Shown here piece after piece: positions 51,920 through 62,984 of a stretch of 64,000 bases of DNA. The notes under the pieces are model-generated. The model was not told the origin of the DNA. It saw only the letters and a list, made by a program, of their open reading frames with translations, and did no database searches. The translations under genes were made by a program, and so were the position numbers. Source of the stretch: Corythoichthys intestinalis (lineage: Eukaryota); assembly GCF_030265065.1 (NCBI RefSeq), contig NC_080406.1, positions 15,849,094 through 15,913,093 on the forward strand, given 5' to 3'. Every line of letters starts with the position of its first letter. Position 1 is the stretch's first letter.

Positions 51920-53496
51920 TACAGTGCTGGCCAAAAGTATTGGCCCCCCTGCAATTCTGTCAGATAATGCTCGATTTCTCCCACAAAATGATTGCAATTA
52001 CAAATGCTTTGGTAGTAATATCTTCATTTATTTTGCTTGCAATGAAAAAACACAAAAGAGAATGATTTTTTTTTTTTAACCTAACCCTAACCTAACCTTT
52101 TAATTATTATAATTTTGCACTAAACTCCCAAAATGGGCTGGACAAAAGTATTGGCACCTTCAGCCTAATACTTGGTAGCACAACTTTTAGACAAAATAAC
52201 TGTTAACAACCGCGTCTGGTATCCATCAATGACTTTCTTACAATCCTCTGCTGGAATTTTAGACCATTCTTCTTTGGCCAACTTCTCCAGGTCTCTGAGA
52301 TTTGAAGGGTGCCTACTCCAAAATGCCATTCTCAAGGCTCTCCACAGGTGTTCTATGGGATTCGGGTCTGGACTCATTGCTGGCCACTTTAGAAGTCTCC
52401 AATGCTTTCTTTGAAACCATTTTCTAGTGCTTTCTGAAGTGTGTTTTGGGTCATTGTCCTGCTGGAAGACCCATGATCTCTGAGGGAGACCCAGCTTCCT
52501 CACACTGGGCCCTACATTATGCTGTAAAATTTGTTGGTAGTCTTCAGACTTCATAATACCATGCACACCGTCAAGCAGTCCAGTGCCAGAGGTACCAAAG
52601 CAACCCCAAAACATCACGGAACCGCCGCCAATGTTTGACTGTGGGGACCGTGTTCTTTTTTTTTTTTTTTTTTTTGAAGGCCTCCGTTTTTTTTCCCCCT
52701 TGTAAGCTCTATGTTGATGCCTTTTCCCAAAAAGCTCTACTTTTGTCTCATCTGACCAGAGAAAAGTCTTCCAAAACATTTTTGGCTTCCTCAGGTAAGT
52801 TTTGGCAAACTCCAGCCTGGCTTTTTGATATCTTTGGGTCAGAAGTGAGGTCTTCCTGGGTATCCTACCATGAAGTCCCTTTTCATTCAGACACTGACTG
52901 ATATTACGGGTTGACACTGTTGTACCCAATGCAGAACAGCTTGAACTTGTTTGGATGTTAGTCGAGGTTCTGTATCCACCATCCGCACAATATTTCATTG
53001 AAATCTCTCATCAATTCTTCTTTTCCGTCCACATCTAAGGAGGTTAGCCACAGTGCCAATGGCTTTACACTTATTGATGACACAGGGCGCACGATAGACA
53101 CAGGAACATTCAGGTCTTTGGAGATGGACTTGTAGCCTTGAGATTGCCCATGCTTCCTCACAATTTTGCTTCTCAAGTCCTCAGACAGTTCTTTGGTCTT
53201 CTTTCTTTTCTCCATGTTCAATATGGTACACACAAGGACACAGGACAGAGGTTGAGTCAACTTTAATCCATTTTAACTGACTGCACGTGTGATTTAGTTA
53301 TTGCCACCACCTGTTATATGCCATAGGTAAGTAACAGGTGCTGTTTTCCCATTCTCTTATGTGTATTTTCATTGCAAGCACAAGAAATGAAGATATTACT
53401 ACCAAATAATTTGTAATTGCAATCTTTTTCTGGGAGGAATTGAGCATTATCTGACAGAATTGCAGGGGTGCCAATACTTTTGGGCAGCATTGTATA
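51920..53496 (-). mobile_element. Tc1/mariner family A, full-length but frameshifted (transposase on the minus strand)
   Basis: ITRs tacagtgctggccaaaagtattggc (51920) and gccaatacttttgggcagcattgtata (53496). Minus-strand ORFs 52958-53260 (MEKRKKTKELSEDLRSKIVRKHGQSQGYKSISKDLNVPVSIV) and 52165-52998 (...WSDETKVELFGKRHQHRAY...FQQDNDPKHTSESTRKWFQRKHWRLLKWPAMSPDPNPIEHLW). A telomere-like ttaacctaaccctaacctaacc lies at 52079-52100. Confidence 0.85.
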
Positions 53497-54368
53497 ATGC
53501 AAATAAGGTGGCTTAAAAGTTGGTGGGGACAATTTGAGCATCCTGAAAAGTTGGTAGTGTTATGTCCCTACCGTCTATGCAAACCTATGCCCTTGGTTTC
53601 ACCCACTGGCAGAGGTAAAAATTACCACTGTCAAATGAGTAAAATGTACAGTATTATTTGTCTTGCCTGTCATCTAATAGTGTTTACTGGGATTAGCTTT
53701 AAATAGCTTCCTTAGAGTGTTCTTTTTGCATATCTAATTGTATAAACATATACTGTATCTGTTTGTATAAATGCTATATACCATGTACTTTAAATGATTT
53801 TTTAATAAATTGATAAACTGTAGTAGAGTAATATTGTAGTAGTGTGGCATGTAATAAGTGAACTCTATTTACATTAGCATGTCTATTTACAATACTGATC
53901 ATGTTATACTGAGCAGAATTTTTTTTATTTTATTTCATTTTTGACATTCTCGCTTTTTCAATTAATCATTTAGAGGCTTGCTAAATTGAAATCTCACAAG
54001 ATTTGTAAATACGTCAAAAATTATTTTGACTTTTGAAACATGTCTTACATTGATTCCAAATGATCAACTTTGATAGTTGCAGTGTGTATACTGTATTTCA
54101 CTATTATGTTTAAAAAAAAAAAAAAAAGTTTATTAAGCAAAACAATAATATTTTGGCATCTACCTCATAGTTTTGCGGTCGGTGCTTTAAATTCGATCTC
54201 TGGCCTTCATTATGTGGCGTTTGTACGCTGTTTCAGTACTTGCGCAGAAACAACATGTTAATTGAATACTAAACTGTGATCTCACAATGGCATGTCTAAT
54301 TCATCTTTTTAAAAAAGGTTACTGTTCAAATTTAGCTTTAATTAATTTTGTTTTACTACCAACTCCAG

Positions 54369-54510
54369 GGTGATGAGTACATGGTGTACAGTCCCGACCA
54401 GGTCATGCTAAAATATGTCGTCCGGTTCAGCCTTGATGGAGACGAACTGAAGGCATTCAGTCCAGCTGTAGATACCTCGGTTGAGACTACTCCAACCCCT
54501 TCTAGCTCAG
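54369..54510 (+). CDS. parp4: parp4 exon GDEYMVYSPDQVMLKYVVRFSLDGDELKAFSPAVDTSVETTPTPSSS
   Basis: Acceptor ctaccaactccag|GGT and donor CAG|gtgagc, ending in phase 1. The catalytic Glu is in DEYMVY (human DEFVVY). Confidence 0.85.
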
Positions 54511-55114
54511 GTGAGCACTGCACAGCACATGGTTTAGCTTTAGTGTCACGTCAATTTTTTCATTTGTAGAGTCAGTTGTAGGTCACCCTGAAGTGTCGTC
54601 TCTTTAAAAGCGTTATATATTATAAGATCTCATCTCCGCAACATGCCATTCATTGCTGATTGCAGTTAAGCCGACGACTGTAGAAGACATAAATATACAA
54701 AAGTGATTTCAGGTTTTATAACCTCGGGGGCCACATTCACAAAGGTTTCCTATCGTAGCATTGCAGCTAATTGGCACTAAAAGTTCCTTTGCCAAGAGTT
54801 TCCTCTCAGGATCAGTCGGCAAAGTAGCTGAGTACAAGTTTTTAGTACAGTAACAACTCCCAAACTGATACAAGACTTAATGGACCATTCTGCCATCCCC
54901 ACGGGGAGCGCACGTGTCAGCGAGCTGCATGGGAAGTATTTATCATTACAAAGCAGTGCAATGGATAAAAACGACTCTTTTTGTTTGAGCACTAATTTGA
55001 TCTTTTTTTTTTCTTCAGAAAACAGAGGCAATATGTAAATCTACTTGCAGTGCCTATATCATTCAAGAGGAGCGATAATGACATCATTATGGTGTGTGTG
55101 TGTCTTTTTCTAAG

Positions 55115-55263
55115 TGGCCTTTCCTGATGATGATGATGATAGCTTTGGAAGCATAATAACCGGATTGGACGATGTGACTTCAGGACTGTTAGACAGCTCA
55201 GGCCAGCAGCTCCCCCTGCTGGCCGTGCACATTAAGTGCAAGTTGATCGATTTGCTTTCTCAT
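55115..55263 (+). CDS. parp4: parp4 exon (V)AFPDDDDDSFGSIITGLDDVTSGLLDSSGQQLPLLAVHIKCKLIDLLSH
   Basis: Acceptor tgtctttttctaag|TG and donor CAT|gtaaga. Parallels human DASGNLVPLEDVHIKGRIIDTVAQ. Confidence 0.8.
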
Positions 55264-55370
55264 GTAAGAGCAATTATTGTGTGATGTCTTTTCCAGTCAT
55301 TTATCATCAAGTTTCAGACACATTTATATACAGTATAGACATATATTTATTTTATGCCTATTCCTTTTAG

Positions 55371-55502
55371 GTCATCATCTTCCAAAAGTATACCAACCTA
55401 AGCAATGTGCCAATTGAGGCAAAGTATGTCTTCCCTTTGGATGAATATGCAGCCGTGTGTGGCTTTGAAGCCTTCATTAATGGAAAACATGTGGTGGGGC
55501 AG
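55371..55502 (+). CDS. parp4: parp4 exon, VIT domain start: VIIFQKYTNLSNVPIEAKYVFPLDEYAAVCGFEAFINGKHVVGQ
   Basis: Acceptor ttccttttag|GTC and donor CAG|gtacat. Near-identical to human VIVFQTYTNKSHVPIEAKYIFPLDDKAAVCGFEAFINGKHIVGE. Confidence 0.9.
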
Positions 55503-55538
55503 GTACATTATCTTAAAGTATCCTTTCAATGCAAAAAA

Positions 55539-57702
55539 TACAGTGGTATGAAAAAGTATCTGAATCTTTTGGAATTTCTCACGTTTCTGAATAAAATCAT
55601 CAAATGTGATCTGATCTTTGTCAAAATCACACAGATGAAAAAACTGTCTGCTTTAATTAAAACCACCCAAACATTTATAGGTTTTTATATTTTAATGAGG
55701 ATACTGTGCAAACAATGTCAGAAGGGGGGGATAATGAGTAAGTTAACCATCACATTTAATATTTTGTGCCCCCCCCTTTGGCAGCAATAACTTAAGTATC
55801 TGAAAATCACCATTAAATGTGATCTGATCTTTATCAAAATCACACAGATGAAATAAAAGTCTCTACTTGAACTAAAACTACACAAAAATTTACAGGTTTT
55901 TATATTTTAATGAGGATAGTATGCAAACAATGACAGAAGGGGGGAAATGAGTAAGTGAACCATCACATTTAATATTTTGTGCGCCCCCCTTGGCAGCAAT
56001 AACTTCAACCAGACGCTTCCTGTAGCTTCAGATCAGTCTGGCACATCGATCAGGACTAATCTTGGCCCATTCTTCTCCACAAAACTGCTGCAGTTCAGTC
56101 AGATTCCTGGGATGTCTGGAATGAATCGCTGTCTTTAGGACATGCCACAGCATCTCAATGGGGTGTAAGTCTGGACTTTGACTTGGCCACTCCAGAACAT
56201 GTGTATTTTGTTCTTCTGAAACAATTCTGGAGCAATTCTGTGTTTTGGATCATTATCTTGTTGCAGCATCGATCCTCTTTTTAGCTTCAACTGTATGACA
56301 GGCAGCCTCAGGTTTTCCTGAAAAACATACTGATCAATTTTTGAATTTATTCTTCCATTAATGATTGCAAGTTGTCAAGGCCGTGAGGTAGCAAAACAGC
56401 CCCAAATCATGATTCTCCCCGCACCATGCTTCACGGTGGGGATGAGGTGTTGATGTTGGTGAGCTGTTCCATTTTTCCTCCATACATGACGTTGTGTGTT
56501 ACTCCCAAACAATTCAACTTTGGTTTCATCAGTCCACAAAAAATTTTGCCAAAGCTTCTATGGAGTGACCAAGTGCCTTTTTGCGAACATTGAACGAGCA
56601 ACAATGTCTTTTTTAGACAGCAGTGGCTTCCTCTGTGGAGTGCTCCCATGAACACCATTCTTGTCCATAGTTTTACATTTAGTTCATGTGTGCACAAAGA
56701 TGCCAGTGCCAGTGATTTCTGTAAGTCTTTAGCAGACACTCTATGGTTCTTGTTTACCACTCTGCACTTTCTGCGCTGAACTCTTAGCATCCTCTTTGGT
56801 GGACGGCCAATATTTGGGATAGAAGCAACAATACCACTCTCTCTCCATTTGTAGACAACTTTTCTGAACATCCAGAGTTTTACAGATGGTTTCGTATCAT
56901 TATACAAATCAACAATCCTTGATCGCAGGTTTTCAGACTGCTCTTTTGACGGATCCATGATACACATCAGACAATGCTTCTCATCAAGAAAATTCTTACC
57001 AGGTGTGTGTTTTATAGTAGGCTGGGCAGCTTTAAACCACTCATCAGTGATTGAGCACACACCTGACTTAAATTGTTTGGTAAAAATTGGTTTCAATTGA
57101 ACCCTTGATCTCAGAACTGTGAGGCGGATGTGCTAACCACTCAGCCCCCGTGCCGCCCGTCCAATGTTTACATTTGGAGTAAATTAGTCAGGCGCCTTTT
57201 TGCTTCTATTTATTTTACAAACTATTTATTTTACAAACTCTTGCTGTGCCTCTTATTGAAGAATGGTATTATGGATAATTATTTTATTGTTTTAAATCTA
57301 CTTAAAAATGAATCAAAGCGATTGGCTATGTATGTCTTTTTTTTTGTTTGTTTGTTTGTTTAGTTTTTTTGTTTTTTACAAACGTGCAGGTATGGACGCA
57401 ATTATTTTTTCCGAACGTATTAGGGCAGGATCCTAGGTTTTACAAAACCCTGCTTGGTGTGGACATGGCCTATGTCTCCTTAGGCAGAGGGTTCACTTAC
57501 TTATTTTCCCCCTTCTGGCATTGTTTGCATGCTATACTCATTAAAATATGAAAACCTATAAATGTTTGGTTGGTTTTAGTTAAAGTAGACACTATTTTTA
57601 CATCTGTGTGATTTTGACAAAGATCAGATCCCATTTGATGGTGATTTTATGCAGAAATGTTACAAATTCCAAAAGGTTCAGATACTTTTTCATACCACTG
57701 TA
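55539..57702 (-). mobile_element. Tc1/mariner family C copy with a tandemly duplicated terminal ITR and a ~400-bp foreign insertion
   Basis: ITR copies at 55539-55790 and 55800-56000. Transposase on the minus strand (ORF 56431-57096, MKPIFTKQFKSGVCSITDEWFKAAQPTIKHTPGK...). The other ITR ends ccactgta at 57702. The 57103-57510 block interrupts the element. Confidence 0.75.
57103..57165 (-). mobile_element. tRNA-derived SINE head (A and B boxes), truncated, inside the Tc1 insertion block
   Basis: Minus-strand reading GGGGGCTGAGTGGTTAGCACATCCGCCTCACAGTTCTGAGATCAAGGGTTCAATT has an A-box-like GAGTGGTTAGCAC and a B-box-like GGGTTCAATT. It abuts Tc1 sequence directly. Confidence 0.5.
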
Positions 57703-57881
57703 CTTGGCTCGTGGTTGCATAAATGTATGATTTGAATCCACGGTAGAAAGCAAGAATACACATCTGCAAGAATGTGTGAACGGAATACAGAATAAAAACT
57801 AGTCAAAATCAACTAGAACCTGACAAATTCAGCCGTTTGAGGATTTTCAAACCGCTGTACCTGCGTATGCTTGGTTGTCAG

Positions 57882-57968
57882 GTAAAGGAGAAAGAGACGG
57901 CCCGTAAGCAGTACAAGCAGGCTATAGAGAAGGGCCATGGCGCCTACCTCATGGACCAGGACGCCCCT
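57882..57968 (+). CDS. parp4: parp4 exon VKEKETARKQYKQAIEKGHGAYLMDQDAP (VIT)
   Basis: Acceptor ttggttgtcag|GTA and donor CCT|gtacgt. Parallels human IKEKEEAQQEYLEAVTQGHGAYLMSQDAP. Confidence 0.9.
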
Positions 57969-58052
57969 GTACGTACTCACACACAAACATCCACACTCAC
58001 AGTCTATAGAGTTGATGTCAACTGCAAGTGGCCTCTGCACCCTGCTTTGCAG

Positions 58053-58217
58053 GACGTTTTCACCATCAGCGTTGGCAACCTGCCAGCAGGCGCCAGCGTG
58101 CTCATTAAAGTGACCTTTGTGTCCGAGCTCATCATCAAGGACGGGAGCATTTTCTTTTCCCTGCCGGGAAGTGTTGCACCGTGGCAGGAAAGTGCAGCGC
58201 TCAACCAAACAACGCAG
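58053..58217 (+). CDS. parp4: parp4 exon DVFTISVGNLPAGASVLIKVTFVSELIIKDGSIFFSLPGSVAPWQESAALNQTTQ (VIT)
   Basis: Acceptor ccctgctttgcag|GAC and donor CAG|gtaaga. Parallels human DVFTVSVGNLPPKAKVLIKITYITEL...VAPWQQDKALNENLQ. Confidence 0.9.
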
Positions 58218-58336
58218 GTAAGACAGGCTTGGCTCGGATTCAATGAGAAACGATTTGGGTTTTTAAATTATATCTCTAGGGTAAATAAAGCTTTAAAAAA
58301 TCATACAGCCTCATAAGGTTTTTGTGCTCTCAACAG

Positions 58337-58383
58337 GTGACTGTGCAAAAAGTGTGTGTGACGGATGATGCAGCCAGTACAAG
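58337..58383 (+). CDS. parp4: parp4 exon VTVQKVCVTDDAAST(R)
   Basis: Acceptor gctctcaacag|GTG and donor ACAAG|gtttgc, ending in phase 2. Confidence 0.75.
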
Positions 58384-58429
58384 GTTTGCTTGAAAGTAGT
58401 TCTTTGAATATTATATTCCATTATTACAT

Positions 58430-58435
<6 letters not shown>

Positions 58436-58495
<60 letters not shown>

Positions 58496-58505
58496 TTTTT
58501 TTTTT
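58436..58505. repeat. (AT)n microsatellite (~27 units) followed by poly-T
   Basis: Direct reading. Confidence 0.95.
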
Positions 58506-58649
58506 CATTTCGTCCACACTCAAACATTCTAAAAACAACAAAATATTTTTCCATTCAGGAAGAGATGCAACAATTCAGCAATTAATCGACAACTAATCGA
58601 TTAGCAAATTAATCGCCAACTATTTTAATAACCAATTATTGGTTAGAGC

Positions 58650-59900
58650 AACACTTGGTAATTTTTCAGTTTTGGTCGGTTTTAGCGACACCGGTGGATG
58701 AAAGCGGTAGTGTTTTGCCTTAAAGAGCATACGACACGAGAAAAAAAGTCTTAAATGGCATTATTATGTGAATTAGAATCATATTTTGAGACGATTCGAC
58801 TATATACAACAATTTAGCAAAGCGCAGATGACGAGAAATTAGTCTTTTAATCTGCCGGTTAGCCACGCTTACCATTATAGGGCTTTAGCGTCCCCAACAG
58901 GTGGATGACGTCAGCGGTAGACTGGGCTCATCGGTTTTACTATTCAGCCCATTGAGGGGGAATTATTCAGAACAAGGAAAACGCGACGAGGAGAGTCGCA
59001 AAATGTCATTGTTTCAGTCTCTCTACTCCAGTATTTTTACAGGATATTCTTTTTATCCAAGTACTTTTCCCCAATAGCTATATAAATGGCTTGAGAAGGA
59101 CCAGTCAGCCCGTCGAGGGGGAACTATTCACAACAGGAAAGCGCGACGAGGAGAGCGGCAAAATGTCATTGTTTCTGTCTCTTTACATCAATATTTTTAC
59201 AGGATATTCTTTTTATCCAAGTATTTTTCCCCAATAGCTATATAAATGACTTGAGAAGGACCAGTCAGCCCGTCGAGGGGGAACTATTCACAACAGGAAA
59301 ATGCGACAATGCGAGTGGCAAAATGTCATTGTTTCTGTCTCTTTACTTCAATATTTTTACAGGATATTCTTTTTATCCAAGTATTTTCCCCAATTGCTAA
59401 ATAAATGGCATGGTCATGACAAATAACAGTCTTGTGCTGAATGGAATATGAAATAATAAAAATGCATTTATTCAGGACGACATGGCAAAATTACTCCATA
59501 ATGGTCAAAACTGTCGACTTCACCTTTACTGTCGCACCTCCCGAACGATATTTTATGACACCTAAATCAGACATATGTCATTTCCCTTCCCCGGCTTCGG
59601 AGAATGTAAACAAACCAGAAGGCGTGACAGCTAGCTGACATGCTAACCCGAACCGAGTGATGTTTCAAAGTCTTCGAAGCGGAAAATCACACATATCTAG
59701 CCTGGATTATTTGACATGACGACCCGGTTGTCGATTGTCTTCGTGGATCGGCAAACCGGCCGGTGGAGAGCAATTTACATTTCGTTCCCCGGAGGAGGGT
59801 GGCTGGAGTTGTTGTGCAGCTAACGTGCTGCTAATGAGCATGAGGAGAGCTTTTCACATGCCTATCAATGATCAAACGTAAGTAGTCCTTTATTTAAAGG
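58650..59900 (+). repeat. Repeat family R, copy 1, with an internal 3 x ~180-bp tandem array (58930-59400)
   Basis: The tandem unit gagaaggaccagtcagcccgtcgagggggaactattcacaacaggaaa.cgcgac...ggcaaaatgtcattgtttctgtctctttac.tcaatatttttacaggatattctttttatccaagta...aatagctatataaatg occurs three times. Copy 3 has a single unit. Contains tgacgtca. Confidence 0.65.
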
Positions 59901-59989
59901 AAGTTTGTAGTGTTTACTTTGTAATCGCTGCATTCGTATTTGACATAATACAAAACAAGATGTTTACTCACTTCCTCGTAAGTCCAATG

Positions 59990-60830
59990 GTCCCACAGTA
60001 AATATCCACGGTGAATGGGAACCTTTTGAAACTCCAAAAAGGCGCATACACCTCTCCATCATACAGAATGATTTTTCTGCAGCCGTTTGGCTGGCGTGAT
60101 GCGAAAAATAAACGTATTAATCCGCAAAATCAGCTGAATCCTTCGTCCTCATACACAACAGTACACTGTATAGTGAAGAGGACGTCTTCTACCGTACACG
60201 TCACAGCGCCCTCCTCCTCAATGCCAGACCGAAGCCAGAAGTCACTCATTTTCATGGCGCGGGATTCAAAAAACGAAATAAATATAGCGATCGCTTCCAT
60301 ACACATCCAAGCGGTCCATACCATTCAGGGGCATAAAATATCGCGTGTATTATTAAATAAACATGCTTTTTCGTGTCACATGCACTTTAAGGAACACTGC
60401 GTTTCCCATGAGGACCAGCGCACACCTGTACAGTGTCGTAAAATCATCAATCAATTAAAAACCAATCTCCCAGTCGCCTGCAGATGGATTAAACATTTCT
60501 GTTTCCAGCGGCTGTGTGAAGGATGAATAATAATCAGGTAATGAATCCAGTTGTGGCTAAACAATAGCATATAAGACGATTAGTAACAGTGTGGCTTAGT
60601 GTGGCTAACGCCCCCAGAGGAGTTTGGTTGGAGGGGGGTTTTCACACCAGTGATTAAAAAATCGGGCCAATATTTATTCTGTTTATCCTGGTAGCCTGCC
60701 TTTTTTTTCTTCCTCAGACAAAACTTTTTGTCTTTTTATTTACTCTGCCATATTTGCGGAATTCGCGCGAAAGCGTTCGCATCGATTTCCGTCTTTATAA
60801 TGAATGGGCAGTCAGGACATTTTTAGTTTG
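59990..60830 (+). repeat. Repeat family S, copy 2
   Basis: See 49680-50560. ORF 60011-60526 (171 aa) has no recognisable domain. Confidence 0.45.
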
Positions 60831-62054
60831 TTTTTTTTGTGTGTGTGGCAGGGTTCCTGCCAACCTCCTCAATGTTAATTTGTGCCGGTGAAAGCGATAC
60901 AGACCCCCTCAAGATACAGTATAAAAGATGTGTCATTCAACTAGTTGTCAGTTGACATATTATCACAAATGTTATGAAAATATTTGATAGAGGTTGAAAA
61001 GTTACCCAGTGTTGCTTTAAGGACCTTCTTCACCTTAAACTTGTCTAAAATCTTGAAAATATAACATTACATATACATATACAACTACTTTCTTAATTGT
61101 AAATATTATCAGAGTTCTTCATTGTATTTTTGTTAAGTCAAAGTATGGCATGAAAAAAAATCTGCTTTTACTTTGGAAAACAACAATTCACATTTTTGCC
61201 AATTTTCAGATATCTTACTGTCTAAACTGGCTTCTTAATAAGGCTGCAACAACTAATCAATTAAGTAGATGCCAACTAATTTAATAATCAATACAGTTGT
61301 AGAACACAGTTTAGATTTTGAATGAAATAGTCATCTATTTTATCTTCATTTGTACATACAACATGCCTAAAACAACTTCAAGATAAATTGTGATGGTTAT
61401 TGGTACAAAGTGACACTTTAGGGCTGCAGCTATCGATTATTTTAGTAATCGATTAATCGATGAACTAGTTAGTTCGAATAATTGAGTAATCGGGTTGGGA
61501 ATATTAAAAATTAAAATACCTGAGCTGAGCCTCAAACGGTATAAAAAATAAATAAATGAGGATCTAAGTACAACAAAAAAACAATTTGCTTGCTAATTTA
61601 CATAGCAAAAGTCCGCTAGCTTAAATGCAAAAAAATGCTAACGGTGTTTTTTTGTTTTTGTTTTTGTTTTTTCAAACAATGCTCTTAACAAATGGTTCAA
61701 ACACATATTCCCACCAAAAAAAAAAAAAAAACGGCTAAATATACCTGTAAACTAAATTACGAATACGTTAAAACAACATTAGCTCAAACAAAAACTTAGC
61801 TTATGTTGGTCTTAACAGGGAGCAGCTGGATTCAGCCATGTGAAATGACTTACAGTATGTCATATTTACTGTTGCCACTTGAGGGCAGTGTATCCACCCA
61901 AACCAATAAGACTAAATACACTTTTAAAACAGAACATTACAACGACACTTTAATTAAACGAATGCTCGAAGCAGCAAAATTTAATTTGAATCTTTTTTTC
62001 TGATCGAAATACTCGAGTGTGTGCTAATAAAGTCAATTGTCCCTCCCCCCTCAG

Positions 62055-62136
62055 AGAATTTAGCCTGGACATGTCCATTGAGATGCAGAATGAGATCAGC
62101 AGCCTGCAATGTATTACACATGAAGTCAAGATAAAG
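62055..62136 (+). CDS. parp4: parp4 exon (R)EFSLDMSIEMQNEISSLQCITHEVKIK
   Basis: Acceptor tccctcccccctcag|A and donor AAG|gtttgt. Parallels human QSFSLTMSIEMPYVIEFIFSDTHELKQK. Confidence 0.85.
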
Positions 62137-62438
62137 GTTTGTCACATATTTTTAACTTTATTTAATATTATTGGACTGGAATAAACTCCTTTTCGTGTAT
62201 TTTGAAGGTGCATCTTTTTAAAAAATGTACAAGGCTCTTTGTTTTTATGTTGTTGTTTTTACTTTCCAGGACTGTTTTTTTAATGTTTTAATTCACTTGA
62301 AAACAGCTGTGATCTACAGTGCTTCAAGAGCTCACACAGATGCCTTTCAACATCATAATTCGTCACAATACCTTGACAGCACTGATCATTTTTCTCTCTC
62401 TGACTAGGTTATTAAACATACTGAGTCTTATTTCACAG

Positions 62439-62576
62439 AGGACTGACTGCAAGGCTGTGGTGAGGGTGCTGCCGGGGCAAGTTATGTACCCAGAAGGATT
62501 CCAGCTGTCAGTCACTCTGTCGGATGTTCATCTACCCAGGATGTGGGTGGAGGAACACCCTGACAAGGACAGCCAG
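62439..62576 (+). CDS. parp4: parp4 exon RTDCKAVVRVLPGQVMYPEGFQLSVTLSDVHLPRMWVEEHPDKDSQ
   Basis: Acceptor cttatttcacag|AGG and donor CAG|gtctga. Parallels human RTDCKAVISTMEGSSLDSSGFSLHIGLSAAYLPRMWVEKHPEKESE. Confidence 0.9.
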
Positions 62577-62666
62577 GTCTGACAGTTCGGTGTCTGTCTG
62601 TCAGTCTTCATCTTCTATTTCGCTCCTGGAATTCTTTTTTTTCTCACCTCATTGTTTATCCCACAG

Positions 62667-62856
62667 GCCTGCATGTTAGTTTTCTACCCCAAGTTTGACA
62701 TCAAACCCACTTCCGGATCCAATGAAGTTATCATTTTGCTTGACACGTCCAAGTCCATGAATGGAGACCTTCTTTTCCATGCCCAGAAGATTGCACTGCA
62801 TACCATCAAAACCCTCAAGGGCGACTGGAAAATCAACGTCTTCTTGTTTGGCATAG
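62667..62856 (+). CDS. parp4: parp4 exon, vWA domain start with MIDAS motif: ACMLVFYPKFDIKPTSGSNEVIILLDTSKSMNGDLLFHAQKIALHTIKTLKGDWKINVFLFGI(G)
   Basis: Acceptor ttgtttatcccacag|GCC and donor ATAG|gtcagt, ending in phase 1. Parallels human ACMLVFQPDLDV...EVIICLDCSSSMEGVTFLQAKQIALHAL...VNIIQFGTG. Confidence 0.9.
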
Positions 62857-62984
62857 GTCAGTACAATCTTTTTCAGTGTGTCAAGCTTTCATGACTAAAA
62901 TCACTAAGCCGGTATGAAACAGAGTTCATCAATTAGCCTAGTTTGGTGGCTAAGCTTGCAGACCAGTTTGCTGTGTGGTTTCCA

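Noticed and set aside
52079-52100. Telomere-like (CCCTAA) hexamers ttaacctaaccctaacctaacc
   Set aside because: Only about 3 units, inside a Tc1 element next to poly-T. Too short to call an interstitial telomeric sequence.
57103-57165. A possible tRNA gene (A-box and B-box present)
   Set aside because: It does not fold into a complete tRNA (no acceptor stem or anticodon arm could be traced) and it abuts transposon sequence. It is better explained as a truncated tRNA-derived SINE head.
60011-60526. 171-aa ORF (MNGNLLKLQKGAYTSPSYRM...) in a parp4 intron
   Set aside because: It falls within repeat family S, whose other copy (49680-50560) does not keep the frame. There is no recognisable motif and no splice context.
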